This document shows, in pieces, positions 60,728-64,000 of a stretch of DNA of 64,000 nucleotides (its first letter is position 1; each line of letters begins with the position of its first letter). A program made the position numbers and the translations under genes. The notes below the pieces were generated by a model, which had not been told where the DNA came from, made no database searches, and saw nothing but the letters and a program-made list of their open reading frames with translations. This DNA comes from a virus (taxonomy: Duplodnaviria > Heunggongvirae > Uroviricota > Caudoviricetes): IMG/VR virus record IMGVR_UViG_2703718787_000017; one strand, given 5' to 3'.

Positions 60728-63700
60728 TTTGGGGATTGATGCGGCAGAGTTTAAAAATGAAATTCCCCGTATCAAAAACCTTCTGAATGGTGCAGCCAGC
60801 GATGCAGAACGGTCTTCTGCCCGTATGCAGCGTTTTATGGAGCGTCAGACTCAGGCCGCCCGGCAGACAACGCAGGCAGCTTCTTCGGCTGCAACAGCCG
60901 CATCCGTCCATGCGCAGACGGTGGAGAAGAACGCACAGGCTCATGAACGCATGGCCCGCGAGGTGGAGAAAACCCGCCAGCGCATGGAGGCACTGAGCCA
61001 GAAAATGCGCGAGGAACAGGCGCAGGCCATGGCTCTGGCGGAGGTTCAGGATAAAGCGGCTGCTGCGTTTTATCGTCAGATTGACAGTGTGAAACAGGCC
61101 AGTGCGGGGCTGCAGGAATTACAGCGTATTCAGCAGCAGATCCGACAGGCCAGAAACAGTGGCGGGATTGGTCAGCAGGATTATCTGGCGCTGATTTCTG
61201 AGGTTACTGCGAAAACCCGTGTTCTTACACAGGCTGAGGAAGAGGCTACCCGACAGAAAGTGGCGTTTATCCGTCAGCTTAAAGAGCAGGCAACCCGCCT
61301 GAATCTTTCATCTTCTGAGTTGCTTCGTGCTAAGGCAGCCCAGCTGGGGGTAAGCAGTGCTGCAGAAGTGTATATCCGCAAAATGGAGCAGGCAGGAAAA
61401 GCCACGCATTCGCTGGGTCTGAAAAGTGCATCAGCCCGCCAGGAGATAGGCGTTCTGATAGGTGAACTGGCCCGCGGCAATTTAGGGGCGCTGAGGGGAT
61501 CCGGGATAACGCTGGCTAACCGTGCCGGATGGATAGACACACTGATGTCACCGAAAGGCATGATGCTTGGCGGGGTTATTGGCGGTATTGCCGCGGCCGT
61601 CTATGGTCTGGGTAAAGCCTGGTATGACGGTCAGAAGGAGGGGGAAGAATTTAACCGCCAGTTGTCGCTGACGGGGCATTATGCCGGAGTCACTGCCGGG
61701 CAGCTGTGGACGCTCAGTCGTGCTATTTCCGGGAATGGTATCACGCAACATGCTGCAGCCGGTGCGCTGGCTCAGGTGGTGGGGAGTGGTGCATTTCGTG
61801 GAAACGATATCGGTATGGTGGCGAGAGCTGCCGCACAGATGGAGCGATCGGTTGGCCAGTCGGTCAGCGATACCATAAATCAGTTTAAGCGGCTGAAGGA
61901 TGATCCTGTAAATGCCGCGAAGGCTCTGGACAATGAGCTGCATTTTCTTACTGCCACTCAGCTTGAGCAGATACGCGTCCTTGGGGAGCAGGGGCGGTCC
62001 AGTGATGCTGCACGGATAGCCATGTCTGCACTGGCAGAGGAAACCGGTCGGCGTACTGCGGATATTGATAATAACCTCAATGCGCTTGGCAGTACGCTGA
62101 AGTATCTGTCTGATTTGTGGAGTCGTTTCTGGGATGCGGCCATGAATATTGGTCGTGAAGACTCGCTGGATGAACAGATTGCCGCTTTACAGGAGAAAGT
62201 GTCGCGGGCGAAAAGACTCCCCTGGACGGCATCATCTTCTCAGGTTGAATACGATCAGCAGCGTCTTAACGATCTTCAGGAGAAAAAACGCCAGAAGGAT
62301 TTGCAGGATGCAAAAGAGCAGGCAGAGCGGAATTATCAGGAGCAACAGAAACGCCGTAATGCTGAAAATGCTGCACTGAACCGGATGAATGAAACGGAAG
62401 CAGCACGACATCAGCGTGAAATTGCGCGTATTAATGCCATGCAGTACGCCGATCAGGCTGTCAGGGATGCGGCGATACAACGTGAAAATGAACGTTACGA
62501 GAAAGCCCTGGCATCCGGTAAGAAAAAAACACGCGAAACCCGTAATGATGAGGCCACCCGGTTATTGCTGCAGTACAGTCAGCAACAGGCACAGGTGGAA
62601 GGACAGATTGCTGCTGCCAGACAGTCAGCAGGCATTGCCACGGAAAGGATGACAGAAGCGCATAAACAGCTTCTGGCTCTGCAGCAGCGCATCAGCGACC
62701 TGGACGGGAAAAAACTTACGGCAGATGAAAAGAGTGTGCTGGCCCGTAAAGATGAACTGATTCAGGCACTGACGCTGCTGGATGTAAAACAGCAGGAGCT
62801 TCAGAAACAGACGGCACTCAACGAGCTGAAGAAAAAAACAATTCAGCTGACCAGTCAACTGGCTGAAGAAGAGCGCGCTCAGCGTCAGCAACATGACCTG
62901 GATATCGCCACGGTGGGTATGGGTGATCAGCAGCGACAGCGATATCAGGTACAACTGAGTCTTCGCCAGAAATACCAGCAACAGCTGGAGCAGTTGAGGC
63001 GGGATAGTGAGCAGAAAGGGACATATAACACGGATGACTACAGAAAGGCCGAGCAGGCGCTGACGGAGAGCCTGAACCGACAACTGAATGAGAATCGCCG
63101 TTACTGGCAACAGCTTGAAGTTGTGCAGGGTAACTGGAAAAACGGAGTCCTGCGTGCATTTCAGGATTTTACCGTGGATGCAGATAATACGGCAGAAACA
63201 GCAGAACAGGTGTTCTCGTCAGCCTTCAGCAACATGGGAAATGGCCTGGCAACTTTTGTCACTACCGGCAAACTCAATTTCAAATCCTTCACCTCTTCTG
63301 TGCTGTCAGATATGGCGAAAATCCTGGCGCAGGCAACCATGATGAAATCGATAAAAGGGATTGGCAGTGTACTGGGATTTGATCTCAGCAGCCTTTCCCT
63401 GAATGCCAATGGGGGGATTTATCAGTCTGCTGATTTGAGTCGTTACAGTGGCACGGTGGTTAACCGTCCGACGTTTTTTGCTTTTGCAAAAGGCGCGGGT
63501 GTGATGGGGGAAGCGGGACCTGAAGCCATTCTGCCATTGCGTCGTGGTGCTGACGGTAAGCTGGGGGTTGTGGCGGATATTGGGGGTTCAGGTATGGCGA
63601 TGTTTTCCCCGCAGTACAACATCGAGATCAATAACGATGGCACGAACGGGCAGATAGGTCCGGCTGCCCTGAAGGCGGTTTATGACCTCGGGAAAAAAGC

Positions 63701-63764
63701 GGCAGCGGACTTTATGCAACAGCAGGCCCGTGATGGTGGTCGGTTAAGTGGAGCATATCGGTAA
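60699..63764 (+). CDS. tail tape measure protein (1021 aa)
   Basis: Long coiled-coil Ala/Gln-rich protein after G/T; GGAGG RBS. Confidence 0.9.
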   Translation: MDQIANLVIDLGIDAAEFKNEIPRIKNLLNGAASDAERSSARMQRFMERQTQAARQTTQAASSAATAASVHAQTVEKNAQAHERMAREVEKTRQRMEALSQKMREEQAQAMALAEVQDKAAAAFYRQIDSVKQASAGLQELQRIQQQIRQARNSGGIGQQDYLALISEVTAKTRVLTQAEEEATRQKVAFIRQLKEQATRLNLSSSELLRAKAAQLGVSSAAEVYIRKMEQAGKATHSLGLKSASARQEIGVLIGELARGNLGALRGSGITLANRAGWIDTLMSPKGMMLGGVIGGIAAAVYGLGKAWYDGQKEGEEFNRQLSLTGHYAGVTAGQLWTLSRAISGNGITQHAAAGALAQVVGSGAFRGNDIGMVARAAAQMERSVGQSVSDTINQFKRLKDDPVNAAKALDNELHFLTATQLEQIRVLGEQGRSSDAARIAMSALAEETGRRTADIDNNLNALGSTLKYLSDLWSRFWDAAMNIGREDSLDEQIAALQEKVSRAKRLPWTASSSQVEYDQQRLNDLQEKKRQKDLQDAKEQAERNYQEQQKRRNAENAALNRMNETEAARHQREIARINAMQYADQAVRDAAIQRENERYEKALASGKKKTRETRNDEATRLLLQYSQQQAQVEGQIAAARQSAGIATERMTEAHKQLLALQQRISDLDGKKLTADEKSVLARKDELIQALTLLDVKQQELQKQTALNELKKKTIQLTSQLAEEERAQRQQHDLDIATVGMGDQQRQRYQVQLSLRQKYQQQLEQLRRDSEQKGTYNTDDYRKAEQALTESLNRQLNENRRYWQQLEVVQGNWKNGVLRAFQDFTVDADNTAETAEQVFSSAFSNMGNGLATFVTTGKLNFKSFTSSVLSDMAKILAQATMMKSIKGIGSVLGFDLSSLSLNANGGIYQSADLSRYSGTVVNRPTFFAFAKGAGVMGEAGPEAILPLRRGADGKLGVVADIGGSGMAMFSPQYNIEINNDGTNGQIGPAALKAVYDLGKKAAADFMQQQARDGGRLSGAYR

Positions 63765-64000
63765 TGGAGACGTTTCACTGGAAAGTGCGCCCGGATATGA
63801 ATGTGGTATCAGAGCCGAAAGTGGTGACAGTGAAGCTGGGCGATGGTTATGAACAGCGTCGTGCGGCGGGACTGAATAACCAGTTGTCGACTTACAGCGT
63901 GACGATACGTGTTCGTAAATGTGAACACCCATCTTTAAAAGCCTTTCTGGAACGGCACGGTGGCGTCCGTGCATTTCAGTGGACTGTAGTGGTCAAGTAA
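63764..64000 (+). CDS. minor tail protein (gpM-like)
   Basis: METFHWKVRPDMNVVSEPKVVTVKLGDGYEQRRAAGLN… resembles lambda M N-terminus; ends with a stop at the last window base. Confidence 0.65.
   Translation: METFHWKVRPDMNVVSEPKVVTVKLGDGYEQRRAAGLNNQLSTYSVTIRVRKCEHPSLKAFLERHGGVRAFQWTVVVK

Overview
Enterobacterial (E. coli-type) chromosome window: the ynfGFE-ynfDC-speG-ynfBA-rspAB locus, disrupted or flanked by three separate phage-related segments. All gene names rest on recognition of protein sequences from memory, not on a database search. (A) 1 to about 15066: a phage-derived segment that runs off the left edge of the window; it holds a tightly coupled module ending in a giant 2793-aa multidomain protein with an HExxH motif, then a convergent lambdoid early-region block (DUF551-like, Ea22-like, TraR-like zinc finger, duplicated antirepressor), and it abuts a ynfG gene cut off after about 28 codons. 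(B) 18661 to 25272: a 6.6-kb integrase-bearing island inserted inside ynfE, flanked by a perfect 15-bp direct repeat whose removal restores an intact ynfE reading frame. The island carries two T7-group phage-RNAP promoter-like 23-mers (core TCACTATAGGG), an HNH-AP2 endonuclease and several unknown ORFs, but no RNA polymerase gene. I consider it the best candidate for an undescribed system: possibly a satellite or parasite of a T7-like phage. (C) about 32010 to the window end: a Qin-like lambdoid prophage next to rspB, with integrase, dicA/dicC/dicF/dicB, an O-like replication gene with iterons, a QueH-like (DUF208) gene, hokD, rem, ydfU, quuQ, cspB, lysis cassette, cspI, gnsB, a lambda-like cos site, terminase, portal, protease-capsid fusion and tail genes through the tape measure. 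No rRNA, tRNA or CRISPR array was found.
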